26,236 bases of DNA from an uncultured Melioribacteraceae bacterium (GTDB lineage: Bacteria; Bacteroidota; Ignavibacteria; Ignavibacteriales; Melioribacteraceae): contig CAZRMG010000002.1 of the NCBI GenBank assembly GCA_964601095.1, forward strand, positions 3,202 through 29,437, in the 5' to 3' direction. This document shows positions 17,977 through 25,944 of the stretch, piece by piece. The notes under the pieces were generated by a model. The model made no database searches. It worked only from the letters and a program-made list of their open reading frames with translations, and was not told where the DNA came from. The position numbers and the translations under genes were made by a program. Positions within the stretch are counted from its first letter, which is position 1, and the number at the start of each line of letters is the position of its first letter.

Positions 17977-19575
17977 ATGAATAAATTATTATTGTTGGGT
18001 GCTGAGGCAATTGCGCAGGGCGCTATCGATGGGGGCATGTCGGGAGTTTACGCCTACCCCGGAACTCCTTCGACAGAAATAACCGAGTACATTCAGAAAT
18101 CGAAATTTGCGAAAGAGAAGAAAATCCATAGCCGGTGGTCTGTAAACGAAAAGACCGCTATGGAAGCCGCGCTTGGAATGTCGTATGCAGGCAAACGCGC
18201 AATGGTTTGTATGAAACATGTCGGTTTGAATGTAGCCGCCGATCCGTTTATTAATTCAGCAATAACCGGCGTGAACGGCGGGTTGATTGTTGCTGTTGCC
18301 GACGACCCCTCTATGCATTCATCACAAAACGAACAGGACTCGCGTTTCTTCGGAAAGTTTGCTATGATACCGATACTGGAACCTTCGAATCAGCAGGAAG
18401 CTTACGATATGGCACGCGAAGGATTTGCCCTTTCAGAGAAATATAAAACACCCGTGATGATTAGAATAACAACACGACTTGCACATTCGCGCTACGGGGT
18501 TGAGACAAAAAATCAAATTGAGGAAAATTCTATTTCACTCCCCGGTGATCCGAAACAATTTGTTCTGCTTCCTGCAATTGCACGCAACCGTTATAAAATT
18601 TTACTCAATAACCAAAAAAATTTTGAAGCTGAATCCGAAACTTCACCGCACAACAAATTCATCGATGGAAAAAATAAATCACATGGCATTGTTGCATGTG
18701 GAATAGCTTATAACTATTTATTAGAAAATTTTGAAAACCATGTTTGTGATTTTCCTGTTGTAAAAATCGGGCAGTATCCTCTTCCGAAAAATTTGTTACA
18801 TAAACTTTATACTGTGTGCGATGAAATACTTGTTCTTGAAGACGGTTATCCCCTTGTAGAAGAAACTTTAAACGGGTTTTACGGTTGCGGTAAAAAAATC
18901 AGCGGCAGGTTAAACGGCTTTCTTCCGCGCGACGGGGAATTAAATCCTACGATAGTTGCAAAAGCCCTCGGATTGAAAACAAAAGAAGGTTTGCTCGTTC
19001 CTGAAATTGTTGCAAACCGTCCGCCGGAATTATGCACGGGCTGCAGCCATCGCGATATTTACGAAGCTTTAAACGAAGCGATGAAATCGTTCGGCGAGAA
19101 AAGAGTTTTCTCCGACATCGGCTGTTATACGCTTGGTGCGCTTCCGCCGTTTAATGCCATAAATTCTTGCATCGATATGGGCGCATCAATAACTATGGCA
19201 AAAGGCGCAGCCGACGCAGGACTTGTTCCTTCTGTCGCAGTAATCGGTGATTCAACTTTTACTCATTCAGGTATCACAGGATTGCTTGATGCGGTGAATG
19301 AAAAATCGAATATAACCGTTATAATTTCGGATAACTCGGCAATTGCAATGACTGGTGGACAGGATTCTTCCGCAACAGGAAAGCTTGAACAAATTTGTCT
19401 GGGAATTGGTATTGAACCCGAGCACATACGAATTTTATTCCCGGTTCCCAAAAATCATAACGAAATGATAAACATTTTAAAAGAGGAACTTGCATACTGC
19501 GGTGTTTCAGTTATTATTTCACAAAGGGAGTGTATTCAAACTTTAACAAAGAAAAAGAAGTTGGACAAAGTATAA
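17977..19575 (+). CDS. iorA: Indolepyruvate:ferredoxin oxidoreductase alpha subunit, without a C-terminal ferredoxin domain
   Basis: 532 aa. AYPGTPSTE, NEKTAME, MKHVGLNVAAD, DDPSMHSSQNEQD, RPPELCTGCSH, SDIGCY and GDSTFTHSG (ThDP-binding). Confidence 0.93.
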   Translation: MNKLLLLGAEAIAQGAIDGGMSGVYAYPGTPSTEITEYIQKSKFAKEKKIHSRWSVNEKTAMEAALGMSYAGKRAMVCMKHVGLNVAADPFINSAITGVNGGLIVAVADDPSMHSSQNEQDSRFFGKFAMIPILEPSNQQEAYDMAREGFALSEKYKTPVMIRITTRLAHSRYGVETKNQIEENSISLPGDPKQFVLLPAIARNRYKILLNNQKNFEAESETSPHNKFIDGKNKSHGIVACGIAYNYLLENFENHVCDFPVVKIGQYPLPKNLLHKLYTVCDEILVLEDGYPLVEETLNGFYGCGKKISGRLNGFLPRDGELNPTIVAKALGLKTKEGLLVPEIVANRPPELCTGCSHRDIYEALNEAMKSFGEKRVFSDIGCYTLGALPPFNAINSCIDMGASITMAKGAADAGLVPSVAVIGDSTFTHSGITGLLDAVNEKSNITVIISDNSAIAMTGGQDSSATGKLEQICLGIGIEPEHIRILFPVPKNHNEMINILKEELAYCGVSVIISQRECIQTLTKKKKLDKV

Positions 19576-19646
19576 AATGTATTAGATTGGTTGCCCAATT
19601 TAATTAAAAGTAGAAATAGTAATTTATTAAGAAATTTTGCCGGGTT

Positions 19647-20222
19647 ATGAAAAGAGACATAATTTTAGCAGGCGTTGGGGGACAGGGAATTTTATCAATC
19701 GCGGCGATAATCGGTTTTGCCGCGTTGGAAAAAAATCTTTTTGTAAAACAAGCCGAAGTTCATGGAATGAGTCAACGCGGCGGCGCAGTTCAATCCCACT
19801 TAAGAATTTCTTCAAAAGAAGTCGCTTCGGATTTAATTCCGTTTGGCGAAGCAGATATAATTTTATCTGTCGAGCCGATGGAGTGTTTGCGGTATCTGCC
19901 GTATTTATCTTCCGACGGATGGATAATTACAAACACAACACCCTTTGTTAATATTTCGAATTACCCTGATGTTAACGAATTACTTTTAAAAATAAAATCT
20001 TATAAAAATGTTGTTACAATAAACGCCGACGAAATTGCAAAAAGAATAGGTTCACAAAAATCTTCAAATGTTGTTTTACTCGGCGCTGCATCTCGCTATT
20101 TGGAAATCCCTTTCGAAAATCTTGAAAGCGGGATTAAAACATTATTCGGCCCAAAAGGCGAAAGTGTTGTTAATAAAAATATAACGGCGTTAAAAGAGGG
20201 ACACAAATCCATTCTTATTTAA
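19647..20222 (+). CDS. iorB: Indolepyruvate:ferredoxin oxidoreductase beta subunit
   Basis: 191 aa. AGVGGQG, EVHGMSQRGGAVQSHLR and NVVLLGA. Confidence 0.93.
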   Translation: MKRDIILAGVGGQGILSIAAIIGFAALEKNLFVKQAEVHGMSQRGGAVQSHLRISSKEVASDLIPFGEADIILSVEPMECLRYLPYLSSDGWIITNTTPFVNISNYPDVNELLLKIKSYKNVVTINADEIAKRIGSQKSSNVVLLGAASRYLEIPFENLESGIKTLFGPKGESVVNKNITALKEGHKSILI

Positions 20223-20263
20223 CGACCAATTTTCCTCAAAGAAAAAAGCAAAGAGGAAGACGA

Positions 20264-22333
20264 ATGGAATCACTTAAAAATTTTTTCTATCCGAAATCTA
20301 TTTGCATCGCCGGCGCAATCGCAAAAGAAAAAAGTATCGGACGCGAAATGCTCGCATCAATTAAAAATTACGGCTACACAGGTAAGGTTTTTCCCGTAAA
20401 CAATAAGCTTGATGAAACACTCGGTTATAAAGTTTATCATTACATCGAAGAGATTGAAGAACAAATTGATCTTGGAATAATCATTATCCCCAAGCAATTT
20501 GCGGAGGCAACTGTTGATGCTTTCCTCGCCAAGAATGTTAAATCTATAATCTTAATTTCCGCGGGATTCGAGGAAGTCGGTAAAGAGGGCGAGGAACTTC
20601 AAAACAAAATTGTACATAAAATAAATTCTCACGGCGCACGCCTTGTTGGTCCAAACTGCATGGGCTTAATAAACACGCTTGACGAAATAAAACTCAATGC
20701 GACTTTTGTTGCTGAAAAACCGGAGACGGGTTCAACCGGATTTTTATCGCAAAGCGGTGCACTCGGTGCGGCTGTATTAAATTCGCTGCGGGAAACTGAA
20801 ATTAAGTTCGCACATTTTATTAGTGTCGGAAACAAAGCCGATGTTTTTGAAAACGATATTTTGAATTTTTGGAACAACGACGACAATATAAAAACAATGA
20901 CTTTTTACTTAGAAAGTTTTGTTGAAGGTAAAAATTTTATAAAACCTTTTATTAAGGGAGAGATAAAAAAACCGGCTGTTGTTTTAAAATCGGGAAAAAC
21001 AAAAAGCGGAATGAAAGCGGCATCTTCACACACCGGGGCTTTAAGCGGTAAAGATAAAGTTACAGATTCTCTTCTCAGACAATTCGGAATTATACGCGCG
21101 GAAAATTTAAACGAGCTTTTTAACACGGCAAAAGGATTTGAACATTTCCCGCTTCCAAAAGGAAACAGAGTTGCTGTAATTACAAACGCCGGGGGCCCCG
21201 CAATTTTATGCGTTGATAAAATTGATAACGAAGGATTGGTTCTCGCGGATTTTTCCGAAGACACAAAATCAAAACTTCGAAGCGTTGTTCATCCCGAAGG
21301 AAGCATTAACAACCCTGTTGATTTATTGCCGGGCGGCACTGCGGAGGTTTATAGGAATTCTATTGAAATTGTTGCGGCCGATAAAAATGTTGATGCCTTG
21401 ATTTCAATTTTTGTTGAGCCGATAATGGTTCCTGCTTTTGAGGTGATTGAAGAAATTAATTCAATCAACTGCGACAAGCCGGTTTTACAAATTGTTATGC
21501 CGCTGCCGGAGTTTTGGAGCAAATACATAAATGAATCGAAGCGAAAAATTCCTCTTTTTAAAAATCCCGAAGACCCGGCGGAAGTTATTGCGAACATGCT
21601 TTTCTATGTGCAAACAAAAGATCGCTTAAACCGAAATAAGAACATTTATTCGGAATTGCTGAATATTTTTCCGGCTTCAAAAAACAATATTTCAAATAAA
21701 TTTTTATCACAAGGGCAGGTTCATAAACTTTGTGAACAATACAACCTTCCAACAATAAAAAGCAGAATTGTAAAAGTAGTTGATCCTACAAAAATCGAAA
21801 ATGACTTTTACCCGATTGTTTTAAAAGGAATAAATGAAAAAGTAATTCACAAATCCGAAATGAGTGCGGTAAAATTAAACATCAAAAATCCGGATGAATT
21901 GTTCTCTGCCGCAGCCGAAATAAAAAATAGTTTTGCCAATGCCGGTTATGAAGTTGAAGAATTTCTCGTTCAAAAATTTATTGAAACAAAACACGAATTA
22001 ATTATAGGCGGCTTCCGAGATCCGTCTTTTGGTCCGGTAATTTTATTCGGTTCGGGCGGTAAATATGTTGAAGTGTACGATGATATTGCAATAAAATCTT
22101 GTTACTTATGCGATGACGATATTGAAGATATGATTGATAGAACCAAGATTGGAAAAATATTACGCGGTGTTCGCGGCGAAGAATCTTGCAACATTCACGA
22201 ACTAAAAAGAATAATTAATTCATGCGCGAGAATGATGCTTGAAAACGAAAACATTTCCGAGTTTGATATAAACCCGCTTATTGTTGATCGGAATAATAAA
22301 TATTTTGCAGTTGACGTAAGAATTAAAAGTTAG
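20264..22333 (+). CDS. ADP-forming acyl-CoA synthetase (acetate--CoA ligase family), fused alpha-beta
   Basis: 689 aa. CoA-binding domain, GPNCMG, SQSGALG, SVGNKADV, phospho-His motif ASSHTGAL, TNAGGP, NPVDL, and a C-terminal ATP-grasp (ELIIGGFRDPSFGP, DINPL). No GNAT domain. Confidence 0.9.
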   Translation: MESLKNFFYPKSICIAGAIAKEKSIGREMLASIKNYGYTGKVFPVNNKLDETLGYKVYHYIEEIEEQIDLGIIIIPKQFAEATVDAFLAKNVKSIILISAGFEEVGKEGEELQNKIVHKINSHGARLVGPNCMGLINTLDEIKLNATFVAEKPETGSTGFLSQSGALGAAVLNSLRETEIKFAHFISVGNKADVFENDILNFWNNDDNIKTMTFYLESFVEGKNFIKPFIKGEIKKPAVVLKSGKTKSGMKAASSHTGALSGKDKVTDSLLRQFGIIRAENLNELFNTAKGFEHFPLPKGNRVAVITNAGGPAILCVDKIDNEGLVLADFSEDTKSKLRSVVHPEGSINNPVDLLPGGTAEVYRNSIEIVAADKNVDALISIFVEPIMVPAFEVIEEINSINCDKPVLQIVMPLPEFWSKYINESKRKIPLFKNPEDPAEVIANMLFYVQTKDRLNRNKNIYSELLNIFPASKNNISNKFLSQGQVHKLCEQYNLPTIKSRIVKVVDPTKIENDFYPIVLKGINEKVIHKSEMSAVKLNIKNPDELFSAAAEIKNSFANAGYEVEEFLVQKFIETKHELIIGGFRDPSFGPVILFGSGGKYVEVYDDIAIKSCYLCDDDIEDMIDRTKIGKILRGVRGEESCNIHELKRIINSCARMMLENENISEFDINPLIVDRNNKYFAVDVRIKS

Positions 22334-22352
22334 ATAATCCATATTCGGGTGT

Positions 22353-22380
22353 TTGAAAAACACAACAATTCTATTATTTT
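22353..22380 (+). promoter_or_regulatory. Possible sigma70 promoter for the ABC-F leader
   Basis: TTGAAA (22353-22358), 16 nt, TATTTT (22375-22380). The match is imperfect and the region is AT-rich. Confidence 0.3.
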
Positions 22381-22414
22381 TATTCGTATAAATAAAGAGT
22401 AAAGGAACGCGAAC

Positions 22415-22429
22415 TTGAAAAGAGCATAA
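22415..22429 (+). CDS. Putative leader peptide uORF, MKRA
   Basis: TTG AAA AGA GCA TAA, with SD AAAGGA (22401-22406) 8 nt upstream; it lies in the 5' arm of the leader hairpin. Confidence 0.55.
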   Translation: MKRA

Positions 22430-22519
22430 CGGATTAAGATAATCTGCATAAACACTTTCGATTAATTTAATGATTCGTGCAGATAATCTTTATCCATTCT
22501 TTTCGGTTCGTGGCCATCG

Positions 22520-22545
22520 GCCGCGGCAAGCGGCTTTTTTATTTT
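22520..22545 (+). terminator. Intrinsic terminator inside the ABC-F 5' leader
   Basis: GCCGC-GGCAA-GCGGC followed by TTTTTTATTTT, ending 46 nt upstream of the ABC-F ATG. Confidence 0.75.
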
Positions 22546-22591
22546 AAAACGTTAATGCCGCATTTGTCAAACACAAATCGGAAAAGTAATT

Positions 22592-24100
22592 ATGAAAAAA
22601 CATTTTTTGAAATTCGCCAACGTTTCATTCGGATACGAAGATTCTCCAACCGATATATTCCGAGATGTATCTTTTCAATTATCAACCGGTTGGACGGGAT
22701 TAATCGGTGCGAACGGTTCCGGCAAAACCACGCTGCTCAAACTTGCATGCGGATTGTTGGATTGCACAAGCGGAAAAATAGAATCACCGGATAATTTTTA
22801 TTATAATGAACAGCGGACGGATGCTGCCCCTGAACAGTTTCATAATTTTTTAAGCAGCTTCGATAAACCGGCTTTTAAATTAATTGACGAACTAAGAATC
22901 GAGCAAGATTGGGTTACTCGTTGGGACACGCTTTCTCACGGTGAGAGAAAGCGCGTTCAAATTGCATGCGCACTGTGGAATCAACCGGATTTACTGGCGA
23001 TTGACGAGCCAACAAATCATCTCGATATGATCGCAAAAAATATGATTGTAGATTCGTTGAAATCATTCAAAGGGATCGGGTTGATTGTAAGTCACGACAG
23101 AGATTTGATGGAAAATCTTTGCGAACAATTTTTATTTATCGATTTCGGAAAAGTTGAATACAGGCGCGGACGATTATCCGACACAACAGCACAGCGTCAA
23201 CTTGAAAACGAATCCGCGTTGAAGCAATTCGAAATGAAACAAATTGAAATCTCAAAACTTGAGAATGAATATAAACGACGCAGCGAGATTGTTGAGCAAT
23301 CAAAAAAGAAAATATCGAAGCGGAATATCGACCGAAAAGACAGAGATGCAAAAGGCAAAATCGATTTGGCAAGATTGACGGGAAAGGATGCAGGCGCCGG
23401 GAGACTAAAAACAATAATGTCTACAAGATTGGAAAACGCTAAAACAGAATTGCAGAGTATCGATATCAAACGCGGTTATAAAACCGGGATAATGCTTTCA
23501 TCGTCGGTCTCGCCCCGCAATTATCTTTTAAATCTCGAATCCGGTTCACTACAATTATCCGCCGCTAAAAAATTGGTTTATAACAACCTCGTTATTCTTC
23601 CGCAGGATAAAATCGCTCTCACAGGTGAAAATGGTTCCGGCAAAAGCTCTCTCATCAAACATATATTAACCCAACTAAATGCCGATTCGGAAAATATTAC
23701 TTACATACCGCAGGAAATATCCATCGACGAAACAAAAGAGCTGATGAACGAGATACACAACCTGCCGAACGAACAACTTGGGAAATTATTGATAATCGTC
23801 AGCCGACTCGGTTCCGATGCAAAACGAATTCTTGAAACAGATTTACCGAGTCCCGGCGAAACACGAAAGCTGCTGCTTGGTTTGGGCATCACCAAAAATC
23901 CGCACATAATAATAATGGATGAACCGACAAATCACATGGATATTGTTTCGATTGAATGTCTCGAATATGCGCTAAAAAATGTTTCGTGTGCCATGCTGCT
24001 AATAAGTCACGATAAACGATTTTTGTCCCAACTGACGGCTATTGAATGGAAAATTAATTCTATCTCAAATGAAAACGAATTACTTGTAAAATATCATTAG
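22592..24100 (+). CDS. ABC-F family ribosome-associated ATPase (antibiotic-resistance ABC-F-like architecture)
   Basis: 502 aa. Two NBDs (GANGSGKTT/LSHGE/DEPTNHLD/SHD and GENGSGKSS/PSPGE/DEPTNHMD/SHD), no TM domain, and a basic helical linker of about 115 aa. Confidence 0.92.
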   Translation: MKKHFLKFANVSFGYEDSPTDIFRDVSFQLSTGWTGLIGANGSGKTTLLKLACGLLDCTSGKIESPDNFYYNEQRTDAAPEQFHNFLSSFDKPAFKLIDELRIEQDWVTRWDTLSHGERKRVQIACALWNQPDLLAIDEPTNHLDMIAKNMIVDSLKSFKGIGLIVSHDRDLMENLCEQFLFIDFGKVEYRRGRLSDTTAQRQLENESALKQFEMKQIEISKLENEYKRRSEIVEQSKKKISKRNIDRKDRDAKGKIDLARLTGKDAGAGRLKTIMSTRLENAKTELQSIDIKRGYKTGIMLSSSVSPRNYLLNLESGSLQLSAAKKLVYNNLVILPQDKIALTGENGSGKSSLIKHILTQLNADSENITYIPQEISIDETKELMNEIHNLPNEQLGKLLIIVSRLGSDAKRILETDLPSPGETRKLLLGLGITKNPHIIIMDEPTNHMDIVSIECLEYALKNVSCAMLLISHDKRFLSQLTAIEWKINSISNENELLVKYH

Positions 24101-24192
24101 TCAGATTGAATGAAAGAAAAACTTTTTCCGTATGCATCAAATACAAATTTATTACGTCCTAATTTTCAATAATTTTTAGTTATGAGGATGCT

Positions 24193-24645
24193 ATGAAAAG
24201 CAGATTATTTGTTGTCAAGGAAATCGAAATAAACAGCACTGCCGATAAAGTGTTCCCGCTGCTTTGCCCGGTGCGGGAATACGAGTGGATTCCAAAATGG
24301 GAATGCGAAATTATTACTTCCAAAAGCGGGTTCAACGAAAAGGGATGTATCTTCAAAACAAAAAATTCATATGGCGCAGAATCCATGATATGGACAACAC
24401 AGGAATACGATGCATTTACTTACACCGTTCGATTCACAAATTTCACTTCATCCGGTTTTGTAGTTAATTTCAGAATCAATCTGTTTGATTTGAAAACCGA
24501 GGGTAAATGTAAAGCCGTATTTAATTACGAGTTTATTCCCGTTAGTGAAGAAGGTGTTGCTGCCGTTGCATCAATCGAAACAGAAACCGTTGAGACGGTT
24601 GTCGGCAACTTGGAAAAGTTATTAAACAAACATTTTGAGAAATGA
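24193..24645 (+). CDS. Hypothetical protein, SRPBCC/Bet v1-like fold predicted
   Basis: 150 aa. EIEINSTADKVFPLLCPVREYEWIPKW N-terminus and a C-terminal amphipathic helix typical of SRPBCC; GAGGA SD. Confidence 0.65.
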   Translation: MKSRLFVVKEIEINSTADKVFPLLCPVREYEWIPKWECEIITSKSGFNEKGCIFKTKNSYGAESMIWTTQEYDAFTYTVRFTNFTSSGFVVNFRINLFDLKTEGKCKAVFNYEFIPVSEEGVAAVASIETETVETVVGNLEKLLNKHFEK

Positions 24646-24721
24646 TAGCAAGATTTTACAATTCTTCCGTGAACCGGCCTATTAGTTTTGAAGTGTCAAA
24701 ATAATAGAAGGAAGAAAAACA

Positions 24722-25117
24722 ATGAACGAATTAAAAACAATTCGCGAAAATTTCGAAGCCGGTTCTTTGTTTATTGACGGAGAGGTTATTGATATTAAAT
24801 CATTAGAATGGAATGAGCATCCTGCTTTTAAAGGAGTATATTTGAAACATATTTTGAAAGGCGAAGACACAAATAATACTCTAAGTTGTCACCTTGTAAA
24901 AATTGATGCGTGCTGTGAGATTGGCACGCATAATCACTGTGGTAAAACAGAACTGCACGAGGTTATTTCCGGATACGGAAAATGTTTTATCGGCGAAAAG
25001 GAAGTTGATTACACAACCGGTAAAATAACCGTGTTGCCTGCCGATATTAATCATAAAGTGACAGCCGGTGACGAAGTATTATTTTTGTTTGCAAAATTTT
25101 TTCCGGCTCTTGTTTAA
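24722..25117 (+). CDS. Cupin-domain protein
   Basis: 131 aa. IGTHNHCGKTELHEVISGYG and PADINHKVTAG cupin metal motifs; AAGGAAG SD. Confidence 0.88.
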   Translation: MNELKTIRENFEAGSLFIDGEVIDIKSLEWNEHPAFKGVYLKHILKGEDTNNTLSCHLVKIDACCEIGTHNHCGKTELHEVISGYGKCFIGEKEVDYTTGKITVLPADINHKVTAGDEVLFLFAKFFPALV

Positions 25118-25119
25118 AA

Positions 25120-25944
25120 ATGAAGAACGCAGAAAAGATAATTCAATTTGTATTGCCCGGTATTGAACCGGAAATTATTTTGACTCACGGTTATGGAATT
25201 GAAAATAATTTCCCGGTTCATTTCCATAAAACTTTCAGTCTTGGAATAATTGAATCCGGCAAACGTGAATTAACCGTGCGCGGGACGAAATATATTATTA
25301 AGAAGGGGGATGTTTTTGTAATTCAACCCTTCGAACCGCATTCGATTAATGCTGTTTACGACAAGAGGCATACTTACAAAATAATTTCATTTGATTTTTG
25401 CGAAATATCATCTTCATATTTTCCCGAGCTAGTAATAAAGGATAGATCTTTGTTTGAATTGATTGAATTATTTCACGACCATTGCGAGTATAATTATTCG
25501 AATAAAACCGTACTTGATAAGTTAACCGAAATAAAAAAGTTGCTGTCTCGTTTCACTTTGCCGTTGATTGAATGTAAACCACCGTTAGCGGAAACGATAA
25601 ACAAAGCAAAATCATTTATTGAGAATAATTGTACGCGGGAAATCTCGATTGAAGAAATTGCTTCGGAAGCATGCCTCAGCACATATCATTTCACAAGACT
25701 ATTCCACAATGAAATCGGGATGTCTCCGTATGCTTTTCTAATCTACAGACGTGTAAAAGCTTCATTGAGTAAACTGGAACAGAACACTCTTAATGTTGCC
25801 GCTGCTTTGGATTCCGGTTTTTTCGATCAAAGTCATTTTATTAAAACATTTAAAAAGCACGTAGGAGTAACACCGGGAAAATTTTTGAACAAACACAACA
25901 AAACAATCGAATGCGAATCAAATAACAATGAGAAATCTTTATGA
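25120..25944 (+). CDS. AraC-family transcriptional regulator
   Basis: 274 aa. N-terminal FPVHFH cupin-like sensor; C-terminal IEEIASEACLSTYHFTRLF and SGFFDQSHFIKTFKKHVGVTPGKF. Confidence 0.93.
   Translation: MKNAEKIIQFVLPGIEPEIILTHGYGIENNFPVHFHKTFSLGIIESGKRELTVRGTKYIIKKGDVFVIQPFEPHSINAVYDKRHTYKIISFDFCEISSSYFPELVIKDRSLFELIELFHDHCEYNYSNKTVLDKLTEIKKLLSRFTLPLIECKPPLAETINKAKSFIENNCTREISIEEIASEACLSTYHFTRLFHNEIGMSPYAFLIYRRVKASLSKLEQNTLNVAAALDSGFFDQSHFIKTFKKHVGVTPGKFLNKHNKTIECESNNNEKSL

Larger units (their letters stand above)
22401..22545 (+). promoter_or_regulatory. Predicted ribosome-dependent transcription attenuator (uORF, anti-antiterminator, antiterminator, terminator)
   Basis: Pairings read by hand: 22408-22414/22506-22512, 22417-22423/22498-22504, 22431-22448/22478-22495, alternative stem 22510-22515/22519-22524, and terminator 22520-22524/22530-22534 plus T tract. 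Confidence 0.75.

Noticed and set aside
19637-19951. 104-aa same-strand ORF overlapping iorB
   Set aside because: An alternative frame of a well-conserved gene with no protein-like features.
20264-22333. Protein lysine acetyltransferase (Pat/YfiQ) call
   Set aside because: No GNAT domain, and the phospho-accepting His (SHTGAL) is retained, so an active ADP-forming synthetase fits better.
22470-22547. Alternative 25-codon leader ORF MIRADNLYPFFSVRGHRPRQAAFLF
   Set aside because: No SD, its ATG lies in the loop of the long hairpin, and it runs through the terminator. The SD-led MKRA uORF explains the structure better. Not excluded without Ribo-seq.
22477-22794. 105-aa ORF overlapping the leader and the ABC-F start
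   Set aside because: Out of frame with the ABC-F gene, GTG start without an SD, crosses a terminator, and has no recognisable motif.
889-25682. Numerous 60-119 aa antisense or shifted ORFs in the track (e.g. 889-1101, 5298-5606, 11117-11392, 20905-21264, 23136-23414)
   Set aside because: All lie within longer genes with clear family motifs; they are shadow ORFs.
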